Translations under genes and position numbers: made by a program | The notes under the pieces: generated by a model | The model's database searches: none | What the model was told of the DNA's origin: nothing | What the model saw: the letters and a program-made list of their open reading frames with translations, nothing else | Shown here: one piece after another, positions 25,612 to 35,962 of the stretch | How the letters are laid out: each line of letters begins with the position of its first letter | Position numbering within the stretch: the first letter of the stretch is position 1 | NCBI GenBank assembly: GCA_964438505.1 | Contig: CAYTKN010000001.1 | Coordinates: 181,509-245,508 of the forward strand | Source of the DNA: an uncultured Burkholderiales bacterium | GTDB lineage: Bacteria; Actinomycetota; Acidimicrobiia; IMCC26256; JACPCJ01 | DNA length: 64,000 nucleotides | Direction: 5' to 3'

Positions 25612-25959
25612 CTACAACGCCAGGTGGAGCCGGAGCGCTTCGTCGAGCGCGTGCAGGAGCTCGCCTCGAACGGCGCCGGCGGTCCCGCCGACGCGTTCCA
25701 CGGCGACGGAGCGCACCTGTTCGGCCTGAGCCTTGGAGTCACGGTCGAGCCCCGTCTCGGCGGCCGGGAGCAGCACCTGGAACGGGTAGACCCGGGCGAC
25801 GTTCGAGGTGACCGGAACGACCGTCACGACTCCCCGGCCGAGGCGCTCGCTCGTCGTGTTGGCGGCATCGTTGCTCACCACGACCGCCGGACGACGCTTG
25901 TCGGCCTCGGCGCCGCGAACCGGACCGAGGTCGACGAGGCGGATCTCGCCGCGGCGCAT
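25612..25959 (-). CDS. MazF/PemK family toxin (TA pair 2)
   Basis: [31 protein letters not shown]...VVPVTSN...AEQVRSVAVERV. The track ORF 25612..26190 is trimmed to ATG 25959. Confidence 0.8.
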   Translation of the reverse strand: MRRGEIRLVDLGPVRGAEADKRRPAVVVSNDAANTTSERLGRGVVTVVPVTSNVARVYPFQVLLPAAETGLDRDSKAQAEQVRSVAVERVGGTAGAVRGELLHALDEALRLHLAL

Positions 25960-26174
25960 CAGGACCGACCGTCGGCCGCGGTGACCTCCCACGCCTGCTC
26001 GTCGTCGCCCGCCCATTCTTCCCAGGCGTCCTCGTACGCGGGGCCGAGTTGCGACGCCCGGAGAAGTCGCACGGCCCGGTGCACGACCGCCGAGCGCGAG
26101 GCGACCCCCTGCGCCTGGGCGTAGGCATCCAGGAACTCGACGTCTTCCTCGGGCAGGCTGACGCTCAGCTTCAT
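25959..26174 (-). CDS. ribbon-helix-helix (CopG/MazE-like) antitoxin (TA pair 2)
   Basis: [38 protein letters not shown]. Its stop overlaps the toxin start by 1 nt. Confidence 0.8.
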   Translation of the reverse strand: MKLSVSLPEEDVEFLDAYAQAQGVASRSAVVHRAVRLLRASQLGPAYEDAWEEWAGDDEQAWEVTAADGRS

Positions 26175-26180
26175 ACTTCG

Positions 26181-26202
26181 ATACTACCAAGAGTAGTAGT
26201 AT
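26181..26202. promoter_or_regulatory. palindromic operator candidate ATACTAC-N8-GTAGTAT between divergent TA operons
   Basis: Lies in the AT-richer 83-bp gap between starts 26174 (-) and 26258 (+). Confidence 0.4.
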
Positions 26203-26257
26203 TTGGCTACCGGGACATCGGCCATCGTTCGTAGCACAATCATGGTATTCTCATGCC

Positions 26258-26494
26258 ATGACTCGGACCCGTGTCAGCACGACGGTCGACGAAGCGCTCC
26301 TCGCCGAAGCGCGCCGTGTTCGTGGGGACTCCACAGACGCCGCGCTTCTCGACGCTGCGCTCGAAGCGCTCCTCGCGCGCGAGCGGGCGGCGGAGCTCGA
26401 TGCCTCCTACAGCGCGTACGACGAGCGCCCCATCGACACCGAGGACGACTGGGGTGACCTCGCGTCGTTCCGCGAGGCCGCTGCGACATCGTGA
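26258..26494 (+). CDS. antitoxin (MazE-like) of TA pair 3
   Basis: [21 protein letters not shown].... It has an acidic C-terminus and a 4-nt overlap with the toxin gene. Confidence 0.7.
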   Translation: MTRTRVSTTVDEALLAEARRVRGDSTDAALLDAALEALLARERAAELDASYSAYDERPIDTEDDWGDLASFREAAATS

Positions 26495-26814
26495 GCACCC
26501 CTGCCAGAGGTGAGGTGTGGTGGTGCGAGCTCCCCGAGATCGGCCGACGACCCATCGTGGTGCTGTCGCGGGACGCTGCGATCCCGCGGCTGCGCAGAGC
26601 GCTGGTCGCGCCCTGCACCACCACGATCCGCGGCCTGGCGAGCGAGGTCGCACTCGAGCCCGGTGAGGACCCGGTCCCCCGAGCGTGCGTGGCGAATCTC
26701 GACTCGGTCGAGAGCGTCTCGACCACCGTTCTCGTCGAGCGACTCGGACGGCTGGCTGACACCAAGATGAGAGAGCTGTGCGCCGCCCTGGAGGTCGCTG
26801 TCGACTGCCGGTGA
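26491..26814 (+). CDS. MazF/PemK family toxin (TA pair 3)
   Basis: [24 protein letters not shown]...VAPCTTT...[12 protein letters not shown]. Confidence 0.75.
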   Translation: MSTPARGEVWWCELPEIGRRPIVVLSRDAAIPRLRRALVAPCTTTIRGLASEVALEPGEDPVPRACVANLDSVESVSTTVLVERLGRLADTKMRELCAALEVAVDCR

Positions 26815-26821
26815 CGCCCCG

Positions 26822-27011
26822 CCGGCGGGTGTTGCAGGGGAGTGGTAGCGGGAGGAGAGGGGAAGTGCCCGCAGCAGGATTCGAACCTGCGCACCCGGCT
26901 CCTCGGAGGATGCTGCCCGGTGCGGAGAGCACCGGCGGGTGTTGCAGGGGAGTGGTAGGGGAGGAGAGGGGAAGTGCCCGCAGCAGGATTCGAACCTGCG
27001 CACCCGGCTCC
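26822..27011. repeat. direct duplication (81 and 80 bp, period about 109 bp) covering the 3' half of tRNA-Arg plus 43 nt downstream
   Basis: Unit 1 at 26822-26902 and unit 2 at 26932-27011 are identical except for one 1-nt indel. Unit 2 runs into the intact tRNA. Confidence 0.85.
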
Positions 27012-27046
27012 GGAGGCCGGTGCTCTATCCCCTGAGCTATGCGGGC
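26975..27046 (-). tRNA. tRNA-Arg (anticodon CCG)
   Basis: Reverse complement is GCCCGCA TA GCTC AGGGGATA GAGC A CCGGC CTCCGGA GCCGG GTGC GCAGG TTCGAAT CCTGC TGCGGGC A. This is a full cloverleaf of 72 nt, and CCA is not encoded. Confidence 0.9.
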
Positions 27047-27087
27047 GGGAACGAGGCGATCGTACCAGCGGGCCTGTGAGGGGCCGG

Positions 27088-28095
27088 TCAGTCGACCCGC
27101 ACGGTGCGACCCGACAGCTCGTCGTCGAGGTACTGGACGTCGGCGTCGACCATGATCCCCACCAGCTCGGCGAAGCTCGTCCTCGGCTTCCACCCCAGCT
27201 CGCGCTCCGCCTTCGAGGCGTCGCCGCGCAGCACGTCGACCTCCGCGGGCCGCTCGTAGCGCGGGTCGGTGCGCACGTAGCGCTCCCAGTCGAGGTCCAC
27301 GTGCTCGAACGCGAGCTGCGCGAACTCCCGCACGCTGTGCGTCTCGCCCGTCGCGAGCACGAAGTCGCCCGGCTCGTCGTGCTGCATGATCTGCCACATC
27401 CCCTCGACGTACTCCGGCGCGTACCCCCAGTCGCGCTTGGCCTCCAGGTTGCCGAGGTACAGCGAGTCCTGGATCCCCGCCCGGATGCGCGCCACCGCCC
27501 GGGTGATCTTGCGGGTCACGAAGTTCTCGCCCCGCCGCGGGCTCTCGTGGTTCATCAGGATCCCGTTGGCGGCGAACATCCCGTACGCCTCCCGGTAGTT
27601 GACCGCCGAGTGGAAGGCGTAGACCTTCGCGCACGCGTACGGGCTGCGCGGGTGGAACGGCGTCGACTCGTCCTGCGGCGCCGGCGCCGAGCCGAACATC
27701 TCCGAGGACGACGCCTGGTAGAAGCGGGTGTCGACCCCCGAAGCGTGGATCGCCTCGAGCAGCCGCACCGTGCCCAGGCCGGTGACCAGGCCCGTGTAGT
27801 CGGGGATCTCGAAGCTGACCGCCACGTGGCTCTGCGCCCCGAGGTGGTACACCTCGTCGGGGACGATCTCCCGCACCAGGTTCACGAGCCCCACCGCGTC
27901 GGACAGGTCGCCGTAGTGGAGGAACAGCCGGCAGTCGCCGTCGCGGGTGTCGTGCGACAGGTGGTCGATCCGGTGGCGGTTGAAGCTCGACGCCCGGCGC
28001 ACCAGCCCGTGCACCTCGTAGCCCTTGTCGAGGAGGAGCTCTGCCAGGTACGAGCCGTCCTGCCCGGTGATCCCGGTGATCAGCGCTCGCCTCAT
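27088..28095 (-). CDS. gmd: GDP-mannose 4,6-dehydratase
   Basis: ATG 28095 inside track ORF 27088..28308. Motifs: [45 protein letters not shown]. Confidence 0.92.
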   Translation of the reverse strand: MRRALITGITGQDGSYLAELLLDKGYEVHGLVRRASSFNRHRIDHLSHDTRDGDCRLFLHYGDLSDAVGLVNLVREIVPDEVYHLGAQSHVAVSFEIPDYTGLVTGLGTVRLLEAIHASGVDTRFYQASSSEMFGSAPAPQDESTPFHPRSPYACAKVYAFHSAVNYREAYGMFAANGILMNHESPRRGENFVTRKITRAVARIRAGIQDSLYLGNLEAKRDWGYAPEYVEGMWQIMQHDEPGDFVLATGETHSVREFAQLAFEHVDLDWERYVRTDPRYERPAEVDVLRGDASKAERELGWKPRTSFAELVGIMVDADVQYLDDELSGRTVRVD

Positions 28096-28169
28096 GGGGT
28101 GCCAGCTTGTCATGGGCGCTCCAGCACCGTCCGCATCGGGCGGACCGGCTTCCCCCGAGTCTCGTTCCC

Positions 28170-28676
28170 CTACGACGCCTCGTCCAGGCTGCGCGGCTCG
28201 GTCGCCTGCGCCGCCTGGGCCGCCTGCACGGGCAGGCGATCCTCCAGGGCGGCGAGGCGCCGCTCCATGCGGCTCGTCGCCTCCGCCAGGCGCTCCACGG
28301 TCGCGCACAGGTTCGCCACCCGCTCGCTCGCCACCGTGTCGACCCCGACGAGGGTGTCCACGCTCTGCACGAGCGCGCGGAGCTGGAGCTCGAGGCCCTC
28401 GGTCTCGATCGGCCGGCGGCGCTCCGCGAGGCTCGCGACGTCGTCGGCCACCCGCCGGTAGAGGTCACCGAAGCGGGCCAGCACGTCGCGGAGCTCGCCG
28501 TCGCGCTCGGTGAGCTCCGTGCCGAGATCCTGCACGGCGTGGAGCAACCGCAGCTCGGCCCGGCTGCGCCGCGCGCCGGTCTCCGGCGCCGGCTCCGGCG
28601 CGGCCTCCGCTCCGGGATGCTCGGGATACCCCTGCGCCATCGGTTCCATCGGTTGCTGAGCCATCGGTTGGGCCAT
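28170..28676 (-). CDS. coiled-coil protein of unknown function
   Basis: Track ORF 28170..28730 trimmed to [16 protein letters not shown].... Heptad-like, E/R/L-rich sequence. Confidence 0.45.
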   Translation of the reverse strand: MAQPMAQQPMEPMAQGYPEHPGAEAAPEPAPETGARRSRAELRLLHAVQDLGTELTERDGELRDVLARFGDLYRRVADDVASLAERRRPIETEGLELQLRALVQSVDTLVGVDTVASERVANLCATVERLAEATSRMERRLAALEDRLPVQAAQAAQATEPRSLDEAS

Positions 28677-28765
28677 GGACACGAGCGTACGGTCCCCGCG
28701 GCCGCCTGCGGTGGACCGCAAGACGAGCAAAGCGACACGAAGGGCCGCCCGGGTGGGCGTGTACG

Positions 28766-29158
28766 ATGCGTCCGATGCCCGGCAAGCGGATCCTCGTCGC
28801 CGACGACGACCCCGTCATCCTCGGTCTCCTCGAGGTCAACTTCGAGATGGAGGGCTTCGAGGTCCTCACCGCCGAGGACGGAGAGGTCGCGCTCGAGCAG
28901 GCGCGCTCGGGCGCTCCCGACCTCATCGTGCTCGACATCATGATGCCGAAGCTGACCGGCCACGAGGTGGCCGAGGCGCTGCGGGCGGACGAGGCGCTCG
29001 CCGAGATCCCCGTCGTCTTCGTCTCCGCGAAGGCGCAGAGCGCGGACGTCACCCGCGGGATGGAGCTGGGCGCCGCCGACTACGTGACCAAGCCGTTCGA
29101 CCCCATCGAGCTGGTGGAGCGGGTCACGGCAGTGCTCGACCAGTCCCGAACCCGCTGA
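28766..29158 (+). CDS. single-domain response regulator (receiver only)
   Basis: KRILVADDD...DLIVLDIMMP...VVFVSAK...ADYVTKPF. Confidence 0.85.
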   Translation: MRPMPGKRILVADDDPVILGLLEVNFEMEGFEVLTAEDGEVALEQARSGAPDLIVLDIMMPKLTGHEVAEALRADEALAEIPVVFVSAKAQSADVTRGMELGAADYVTKPFDPIELVERVTAVLDQSRTR

Positions 29159-29180
29159 CCACACGGAAGCGACCGGGCGC

Positions 29181-30893
29181 ATGAGGGCGATTCGCGACGT
29201 GCTCACCGACGCGGTCCGCGCCGCGCTGCGCGACGCCGGCCTCCCCGAACCCGACGCCGGCGTCGAGCTCGAGACCCCGCGCCACAAGGAGCACGGCGAC
29301 TGGGCCACCAACGTCGCCATGCAGGTCGCCAAGCCCGCCGGACGCAACCCCCGCGACGTCGCCGGCGAGCTCGCCGAGCACGTCCGCGCGGCGGCCGTCG
29401 ACCACCTCGAGGCCGTCGAGGTGGCGGGGCCCGGCTTCCTCAACTTCCGCCTGCGTCCCTCGTGGCTGCACGACGTCCTCGTCCGGGTCGTCGAGGAAGG
29501 CGACGCCTACGGGCGCAGCGACACCCTCACCGGCGAGCGCATCGACCTCGAGTTCGTCTCCGCCAACCCCACCGGGCCGCTGCACGCCGGCGGCGGGCGC
29601 TGGGCCGCGTTCGGCGACGCCCTCGCCCGGCTCTGGGAGGCCCAGGGCGCGGAGGTGCACCGCGAGTACCTGCTCAACGACGCCGGCAACCAGCTCGACG
29701 CCTTCGGCGCCTCGCTCGTCGCCCGCCTGCGCGGCGAGGAGCCCCCCGAGGGCGGCTACCACGGCGCCTACGTCACCGAGATGGCGGCCGAGCTGCGCGA
29801 CGACCTCGGCGACGCCGCCGACGCCGCTGCCGATGCCGCCGCCGAGGTCACCCTCGAGGAGGCCCGCGAGTGGGGCTACCGGCGGGTCGTCGAGGAGGTG
29901 CGCGCAGACCTCGAGCGCATCGGCGTCCACTTCGACACCTGGTTCTCCGAGCGGACCCTCCACGAGCGCGGGGACGTGGAGGCGACCGTCGAGGCGCTGC
30001 GCGAGCGCGGCGCCGTCACCGAGCGCGACGGAGCCGTGTGGTTCACCGCCACCGAGCACGGCGACGACCGCGACCGCGTCCTCATCAAGAGCGACGGCGA
30101 CCCCACCTACCTCGCCGCCGACCTCGCGTACCACTGCGACAAGCTCCGGCGCGGCTGGACGCACCTCGTCGACATCTGGGGCGCCGACCACCACGGCCAG
30201 GTCCGCTCCGTCCAGGCGGGCCTCCGGGCGCTCGGCGTCGACCCGCACCCCGTCCACGGCGCCGAGCCGGAGGTCATCCTCGGCCAGCTCGTCACCCTCG
30301 TGCGCGACGGCAAGCCGGTGCGGCTCTCCAAGCGGACCGGCGAGATCGTCACGCTCGCCGAGGTCCTCGACGAGGTCGACGCCGACGCGTGCCGCCTGAC
30401 CTTCCTGCTCCAGGGGATCGACAGCGCCCAGACCTTCGACGTCGACGTCGTCACCTCCCGGTCGATGGACAACCCCGTCTACTACGTCCAGTACGCGCAC
30501 GCCCGGATCGCCTCCATCGAGCGGATGGCCGCCGAGCGGGGCTTCGAGCGCCGGCCGTTGGCGAGCACCGACCTCGACGTGCTCGAGGACGAGCGCGAGC
30601 TCGACCTGCTCCGCTCGCTCGCCGCCTACCCCGACGTCGTCGCCGAGGCCGCCGCGGCGCGCGCTCCCCACCGCGTCACCACCTGGGTCCGCGAGCTCGC
30701 CGGCCGGTTCCACGGCTTCTACCACGACTGCCGCGTGCTGCCCGGCGAGACCACCGAGGTCCCCGAAGCGCTCACCCACGCCCGCCTGTGGCTCGTGGAG
30801 GCCTGCCGGGTCGGCCTCGCCGGCGCGCTGGCGATCCTCGGCGCGGAGGCCCCCGAGGAGATGACCCGTCTCGACGCGGACGCCGCCACGTGA
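29181..30893 (+). CDS. argS: arginine--tRNA ligase
   Basis: 570-aa ORF. N-terminal Arg-tRNA-binding pattern, class I HIGH-like ANPTGPLHAGG and a C-terminal DALR anticodon-binding domain. Confidence 0.93.
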   Translation: MRAIRDVLTDAVRAALRDAGLPEPDAGVELETPRHKEHGDWATNVAMQVAKPAGRNPRDVAGELAEHVRAAAVDHLEAVEVAGPGFLNFRLRPSWLHDVLVRVVEEGDAYGRSDTLTGERIDLEFVSANPTGPLHAGGGRWAAFGDALARLWEAQGAEVHREYLLNDAGNQLDAFGASLVARLRGEEPPEGGYHGAYVTEMAAELRDDLGDAADAAADAAAEVTLEEAREWGYRRVVEEVRADLERIGVHFDTWFSERTLHERGDVEATVEALRERGAVTERDGAVWFTATEHGDDRDRVLIKSDGDPTYLAADLAYHCDKLRRGWTHLVDIWGADHHGQVRSVQAGLRALGVDPHPVHGAEPEVILGQLVTLVRDGKPVRLSKRTGEIVTLAEVLDEVDADACRLTFLLQGIDSAQTFDVDVVTSRSMDNPVYYVQYAHARIASIERMAAERGFERRPLASTDLDVLEDERELDLLRSLAAYPDVVAEAAAARAPHRVTTWVRELAGRFHGFYHDCRVLPGETTEVPEALTHARLWLVEACRVGLAGALAILGAEAPEEMTRLDADAAT

Positions 30894-32284
30894 GCTCCCA
30901 GAGCGCCCAGGGCTCCTCGGGTGCGCCGCTCGACCCGTCGCTGTTGCCCCGCACCGCCGCGCTCGACGCCGCGGGGCGCCTCTCGATCGGCGGGTGCGAC
31001 CTGGGCGCCCTCGCCGAGCGGTACGGCACCCCGCTGTTCGTCTACGACGAGACCGAGCTGCGCGAGCGCTGCCGCGAGTACGCGGCGCTGTTCGGAGCCG
31101 CCAACGTCGCCTACGCCTCGAAGGCGTTCCTCTGCCGCGCCGTCGTCCGCCTCGTCGCCGACGAGGGGATGCTCCTCGACGTCTCGACCGGCGGGGAGCT
31201 CCACGTCGCCCTCGCCGCCGGCTTCCCACCCGAGCGCCTCGTCTTCCACGGCAACAACAAGAGCGGCGACGAGCTCGCCCGCGCCCTCGAGGTCGGCGTC
31301 GGCAGGATCGTCGTCGACTCGTTCGACGAGATCGACCGCCTCGAAGCGCTCGTCGCCGACGGCGCCCCGGCGCCCACCGTCCTCATCCGCGTCACCCCCG
31401 GCGTCGAGGCGCGGACCCACGCGCACGTCGAGACCGGCGTCGAGGACTCCAAGTTCGGGTTCTCCGTGCGCGCGGAGACCGCCCTGGCGGCCGCACGGCG
31501 CTGCGTGGCGAGCGACGCCCTCCACCTCGCCGGCGTCCACGCCCACATCGGCTCACAGGTCTTCGCCCTCGACTCCTACACCCGAGCCGCCGGAGTCGTC
31601 GCCGGCCTCCTCGCCGAGATCGAGGCGACGACCGGCGCCACCCTCGAGGAGCTCAACCTCGGCGGCGGCCTCGGCGTCCGCTACCGCTCCGACGAGGCGC
31701 CGCCCTCGATCTCCGAGTACGCGGCCAGCCTGCGCGCGGCCGTGACCGACGCGTGCCACGCCGCGGGCTTCGCCTCGCAGCCGCGCCTCGTCGTCGAGCC
31801 CGGACGCTCCATCGCCGGGCCCTCGGCGGTCACCCTCTACCGGATCGGCACCGTCAAGGAGGTGCCCGGCATCCGCACCTACGTGGCCGTCGACGGGGGC
31901 ATGAGCGACAACCCGCGCCCCGCCGTCTACGGCGCCCGCTACGAGGCGTTCCTGCCCGAGCGCGCCACCGCGCAGCGCCCCCGCTCCGCGACGGTCGCCG
32001 GCAAGCACTGCGAGCAGGGCGACGTGCTCGTGCACGACGCGCGCCTCCCCGCCGAGGTGTCGGTGGGCGACCTCCTCTGCACCCCCGCCACCGGCGCCTA
32101 CGGCTACGCCATGGCGTCCAACTACAACGCCGTGCCCCGCCCCGCGGTGGTCTTCGTCCGCGACGGCGCGGCCCGCGAGGTGCTCGCCCGCGAGAGCCTC
32201 GACGACCTCCTCCGCCTCGACGTCGACGCCCGCGCCGAACCGCTGAACGCTCCCGCGGCCAGGCGCGAGACTGAGGAGCCATGA
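30890..32284 (+). CDS. lysA: diaminopimelate decarboxylase
   Basis: GTG 30890 overlaps the argS stop. Motifs: YASKAF, HIGSQ, GGGLGV, EPGRS, CESGD-like CEQGD. Confidence 0.92.
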   Translation: MSSQSAQGSSGAPLDPSLLPRTAALDAAGRLSIGGCDLGALAERYGTPLFVYDETELRERCREYAALFGAANVAYASKAFLCRAVVRLVADEGMLLDVSTGGELHVALAAGFPPERLVFHGNNKSGDELARALEVGVGRIVVDSFDEIDRLEALVADGAPAPTVLIRVTPGVEARTHAHVETGVEDSKFGFSVRAETALAAARRCVASDALHLAGVHAHIGSQVFALDSYTRAAGVVAGLLAEIEATTGATLEELNLGGGLGVRYRSDEAPPSISEYAASLRAAVTDACHAAGFASQPRLVVEPGRSIAGPSAVTLYRIGTVKEVPGIRTYVAVDGGMSDNPRPAVYGARYEAFLPERATAQRPRSATVAGKHCEQGDVLVHDARLPAEVSVGDLLCTPATGAYGYAMASNYNAVPRPAVVFVRDGAAREVLARESLDDLLRLDVDARAEPLNAPAARRETEEP

Positions 32285-33579
32285 CCGACGGGACCGTTCG
32301 CGTCGCCGTCCTCGGCTGCGGCACCGTCGGAGCCGAGGTCGTCACCCTCATCGGCGACCACGCCGACCTCATCGCCTCGCGCGCCGGGCGCAAGGTCGAG
32401 ATCGGCGGCATCGCCGTGCGCGACGTCGCCAAGGAGCGGCCCGAGCTGGCCGTCGACCCCGGCCTGTTCACCGACGACGCCGAGGCGCTCGTCCGCCGCG
32501 ACGACATCGACCTCGTGATCGAGGTGATCGGCGGCGTGGAGCCCGCCCGCACGCTCGTGACCGCCGCCCTCGAAGCCGGCAAGCCCGTCGTCTCCGCCAA
32601 CAAGGAGATGCTCGCCAACGCCGGCAAGGAGCTCATCGAGACCGCCGAGACCGCCGGGGTCGACCTCCTCTTCGAAGCCGCCGTCGCCGGCGGCATCCCG
32701 CTCATCCGGCCGCTGCGCGAGTCGCTGGCGGGGGAGCGCATCACCCGCCTCCTCGGCATCGTCAACGGCACCACCAACTACGTGCTCACCCGGATGACCG
32801 AGGACGGCTGGAGCTTCGAGGAGGCGCTCGTCGAGGCCCAGCGCCACGGCTACGCCGAGGCCAACCCCGTCGCCGACATCGAGGGCCACGACGCCGCGCA
32901 GAAGGCGGCGATCATCGCCTCGATCGCCTTCGGCGCCCACGTCACCGAGGCCGACGTGTACCGCGAGGGCATCACCGGCGTCAGCAGCGAGGACATCGCG
33001 GCGGCCACCGACCTCGGCTACGTCGTGAAGCTCCTCGCCATCGCCGAGACCGTCGACGGTTCGGTCTCCGCCCGCGTCCACCCCGCCTTCGTGCCCGCCG
33101 CGCATCCCCTCGCGGCGGTGCGCGACTCGTTCAACGCCGTCTTCATCGAGGGCGACGCCGTCGGCGAGCTGATGCTCTACGGGCCCGGCGCCGGAGGCGG
33201 GCCGACCGCCTCGGCCGTGCTCGGAGACCTCGTCGACGCCGTGCGCAACCTCGCCGGCGGCGGCAAGGGCGGCATCGTCGGCCGCTGGGAGCGCAAGCCG
33301 ATCCTGCCGCTCTCCGAGGTCGTCGCCCAGTTCTACGTGCACCTCGAGGTGGCCGACGAGCCCGGCGTCCTCGCCACCATCGCCGGCGTGTTCGGCACCC
33401 ACGGCGTCTCCATCATGTCGGTGCAGCAGCGAGGCCAGGCCGAGGAGGCCGAGCTGGTGTTCGTCACCCACACCGCCCGCACCGGCGACCTCGACGCGAC
33501 GGTGCGGGCCGTGAGCAACCTGGAGGTCGTCCGCCGCGTCGGCTCGGTGCTGCGCGTCATCGGGGGAGAGCCGTCGTGA
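32281..33579 (+). CDS. hom: homoserine dehydrogenase
   Basis: [13 protein letters not shown] motif, [15 protein letters not shown] and a C-terminal ACT domain. 4-nt overlap with lysA. Confidence 0.92.
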   Translation: MTDGTVRVAVLGCGTVGAEVVTLIGDHADLIASRAGRKVEIGGIAVRDVAKERPELAVDPGLFTDDAEALVRRDDIDLVIEVIGGVEPARTLVTAALEAGKPVVSANKEMLANAGKELIETAETAGVDLLFEAAVAGGIPLIRPLRESLAGERITRLLGIVNGTTNYVLTRMTEDGWSFEEALVEAQRHGYAEANPVADIEGHDAAQKAAIIASIAFGAHVTEADVYREGITGVSSEDIAAATDLGYVVKLLAIAETVDGSVSARVHPAFVPAAHPLAAVRDSFNAVFIEGDAVGELMLYGPGAGGGPTASAVLGDLVDAVRNLAGGGKGGIVGRWERKPILPLSEVVAQFYVHLEVADEPGVLATIAGVFGTHGVSIMSVQQRGQAEEAELVFVTHTARTGDLDATVRAVSNLEVVRRVGSVLRVIGGEPS

Positions 33580-34643
33580 CCGACCGCTACCCGGCCTGGC
33601 CGGGCGTCGTCGCGGCCTACCGCGACCGCCTCCCCGTCTCCGCGGGCACACCCGTGGTGACCCTGCTCGAGGGCGGTACCCCGCTGCTCGCCTTCGACGC
33701 GCTCTCCGAGGAGCTCGGCGTGGAGGTCCACCTCAAGTACGAGGGGGTGAACCCCACCGGCTCGTTCAAGGACCGGGGCATGACCGTCGCCATCTCCAAG
33801 GCGCTCGAGGAGGGCTCCAAGGCGGTGATCTGCGCCTCCACCGGCAACACCTCCGCCTCCGCCGCTGCGTACGCGTCGCGCGCGGATCTCGTGTGCGCCG
33901 TGCTGATCCCCGACGGCCAGATCGCCCTCGGCAAGCTCGCCCAGGCCATCATCCACGGCGCCAAGGTCCTCCCGATCCGGGGCAACTTCGACCAGGCGCT
34001 CGAGATCGTCCGCGAGCTCGGCGAGCGCGAGCCGGTCACGGTCGTCAACTCCATCAACCCCTACCGCCTCGAGGGGCAGAAGACCGCGGCGTTCGAGATC
34101 GTCGACGTGCTCGGCGACGCGCCGGACGTGCACTGCATCCCGGTCGGCAACGCCGGCAACATCACCGCCTACTGGCGCGGCTACCACGAGGACGCCGAGG
34201 CGGGCCGTGCGACCCGGCGGCCCCGGATGCTGGGATGGCAGGCCGCCGGCGCCGCGCCGATCGTGATCGGCGAGCCGGTCCGCCACCCCGAGACGCTCGC
34301 CACCGCCATCCAGATCGGCAACCCGGCCTCCTGGGACGAGGCGCTCGCCGCGCGCGACGAGTCGGGAGGCCACATCGGCCCGGTCTCCGACCGCGAGATC
34401 CTCGACGCCTACAAGCTGCTCGCCGCCAAGGCCGGGGTGTTCGTCGAGCCGGCCTCCGCGGCGTCGGTGGCGGGGCTGCGCAAGGCCGTCGACGAGGGCC
34501 TCGTCGAGTCCGGCGAGACGGTGGTGTGCACCCTCACCGGCCACGGCCTCAAGGACCCCGACCGGGCCATCTCCGAGACGTCGCGCCTCGGCGCCGCCGT
34601 CGAGGCGGACGTGGCCTCCGTCTCCGCCGAGCTCGGCCTCTGA
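33576..34643 (+). CDS. thrC: threonine synthase
   Basis: PLP-lysine motif [10 protein letters not shown], plus ASTGNTSAS and [10 protein letters not shown]. Confidence 0.92.
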   Translation: MTDRYPAWPGVVAAYRDRLPVSAGTPVVTLLEGGTPLLAFDALSEELGVEVHLKYEGVNPTGSFKDRGMTVAISKALEEGSKAVICASTGNTSASAAAYASRADLVCAVLIPDGQIALGKLAQAIIHGAKVLPIRGNFDQALEIVRELGEREPVTVVNSINPYRLEGQKTAAFEIVDVLGDAPDVHCIPVGNAGNITAYWRGYHEDAEAGRATRRPRMLGWQAAGAAPIVIGEPVRHPETLATAIQIGNPASWDEALAARDESGGHIGPVSDREILDAYKLLAAKAGVFVEPASAASVAGLRKAVDEGLVESGETVVCTLTGHGLKDPDRAISETSRLGAAVEADVASVSAELGL

Positions 34644-34647
34644 GCCC

Positions 34648-35913
34648 TCACCCGGGCTCGAGTCGGAACAGGCCGTCGGAGAGCGACAGCACGTAGAGCT
34701 CGCCCGACGCGTCCTCCGCGACCGACGAGATCTGGTCGACGTGCAGGCCGAGGTCGCCGACCTCGGCCGAGGCCTCACCCGTGCGCCGGAGTCCCTTGAG
34801 GTCGCCCCGGCAGAAGTCAGCGAACACGTAGACGCCGGCCAGCTCGGGGATCGCCTGGCCGCGGTAGACGTAGCCGCCGGTCACCGCGCAGTTGCCGCCG
34901 GTGAGCGGGTACTCGTGGACGGGCGGCACGTGGCCGGGCGGCGGCTCGCCGGCGAACTGCCGGGTGCCCTCCATCAGGTTCCAGCCGTAGTTGCGCCCGC
35001 CCCCGGAGCCGGCCGGCTCGAAGTCGACCTCCTCGATCTCGTTCTGGCCGACGTCGCCGATCCAGAGGTCGCCGGTCTCCCGGTCGAACGAGAACCGCCA
35101 GGGGTTCCGCAGGCCGTAGGCCCAGATCTCGTCGCGGCGCTCCGGATCGCCGACGAACGGGTTGTCCGGAGGGATCCCGTAGGGCTCGTCGCCCGAGGGG
35201 CTCGGGTCGAGGCGCAGGATCGAGCCGAGCAGCGTGCCCGGGTCCTGGCCGTTGCCCTCCGGGTCGCCGCCGGAGCCGCCGTCGCCGAGCGACACGTAGA
35301 GGTGGCCGTCGGGGCCGAACGCCAGGTGCCCGGCGTTGTGGTTCGAGAACGGCTGGGCGACGGTGAGCAGCTCGCGGCGCGAGTCCGGGTCGGGGCCGTC
35401 GTCGTCCATCTCGTACTCGACCACGTGGGTGTCGCCCGCCCGGTCGGTGAAGTCGAGGTACATGCGCTCGCCGTCCGGCGAGAACGCGAGGCCGAGCAGA
35501 CCCTGCTCGTTGCCGGTCGACACCTCGTCGCCGAGGTCGAGGACCGTGACGGCTCGGCCACCCGGCGGCATGCGCTTCACCGCGCCGCGCTGCTCGATCA
35601 CGTAGAGGGCGTCGTCTCCCGGCCGGGGCCGCGCCATGACCGGCATGGTGAAGTCGCCCACCCTCGTGACCGCGAGCGCCACGTCGGGGATGCCCGCCTC
35701 GGGCTCGGCGTCGGCGCCCGGCGCGGTGCTCGTCACCGGCCGGCTGCCGGGGACGCCGATGGGCTCGGTGGTCGTGGTGGTGGCCGCGGTGGTCGGCGTC
35801 GTGGTCTCGTCGCCGTCCGAGACCAGCTCCACCACCGCGAACGCCCCCGCGGCGAGGGCGGACGCGGCGACCACGACGAGGGCCCAGCGCGTTCCCGGTC
35901 TCACAGAAGCCAC
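34648..35913 (-). CDS. PQQ-dependent sugar (glucose/sorbosone) dehydrogenase family protein, exported
   Basis: N-terminal TM/signal. Motifs: NHNAGHLAFGPDGHLYVSLGDGG, YGLRNPWRFSFD, GDVGQNEIEEV, NYGWN. Confidence 0.8.
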   Translation of the reverse strand: MASVRPGTRWALVVVAASALAAGAFAVVELVSDGDETTTPTTAATTTTTEPIGVPGSRPVTSTAPGADAEPEAGIPDVALAVTRVGDFTMPVMARPRPGDDALYVIEQRGAVKRMPPGGRAVTVLDLGDEVSTGNEQGLLGLAFSPDGERMYLDFTDRAGDTHVVEYEMDDDGPDPDSRRELLTVAQPFSNHNAGHLAFGPDGHLYVSLGDGGSGGDPEGNGQDPGTLLGSILRLDPSPSGDEPYGIPPDNPFVGDPERRDEIWAYGLRNPWRFSFDRETGDLWIGDVGQNEIEEVDFEPAGSGGGRNYGWNLMEGTRQFAGEPPPGHVPPVHEYPLTGGNCAVTGGYVYRGQAIPELAGVYVFADFCRGDLKGLRRTGEASAEVGDLGLHVDQISSVAEDASGELYVLSLSDGLFRLEPG

Positions 35914-35962
35914 ACGTTAGAGGTCCGGGCCGGGGGAGTGGTGGGCGCTACGCTCCGCCACC

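Noticed and set aside
26865-26902. Second tRNA-Arg-like sequence
   Set aside because: Only the 3' half (T-arm, acceptor 3' strand and part of the anticodon stem) is present. The upstream sequence cannot form D or anticodon arms, so it is a partial duplicate and not a gene.
10366-27046. Integrase, transposase or excisionase expected in a tRNA-linked island
   Set aside because: I searched all listed ORFs on both strands for tyrosine/serine recombinase or DDE motifs and recognised none. The island is therefore described as decayed and not as an active mobile element.
26240-29443. 1067-aa ORF on the minus strand
   Set aside because: It runs through TA genes, the tRNA, gmd (in another frame) and a response regulator. 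It is a composition artefact. Only the gmd frame (27088..28095) is real.
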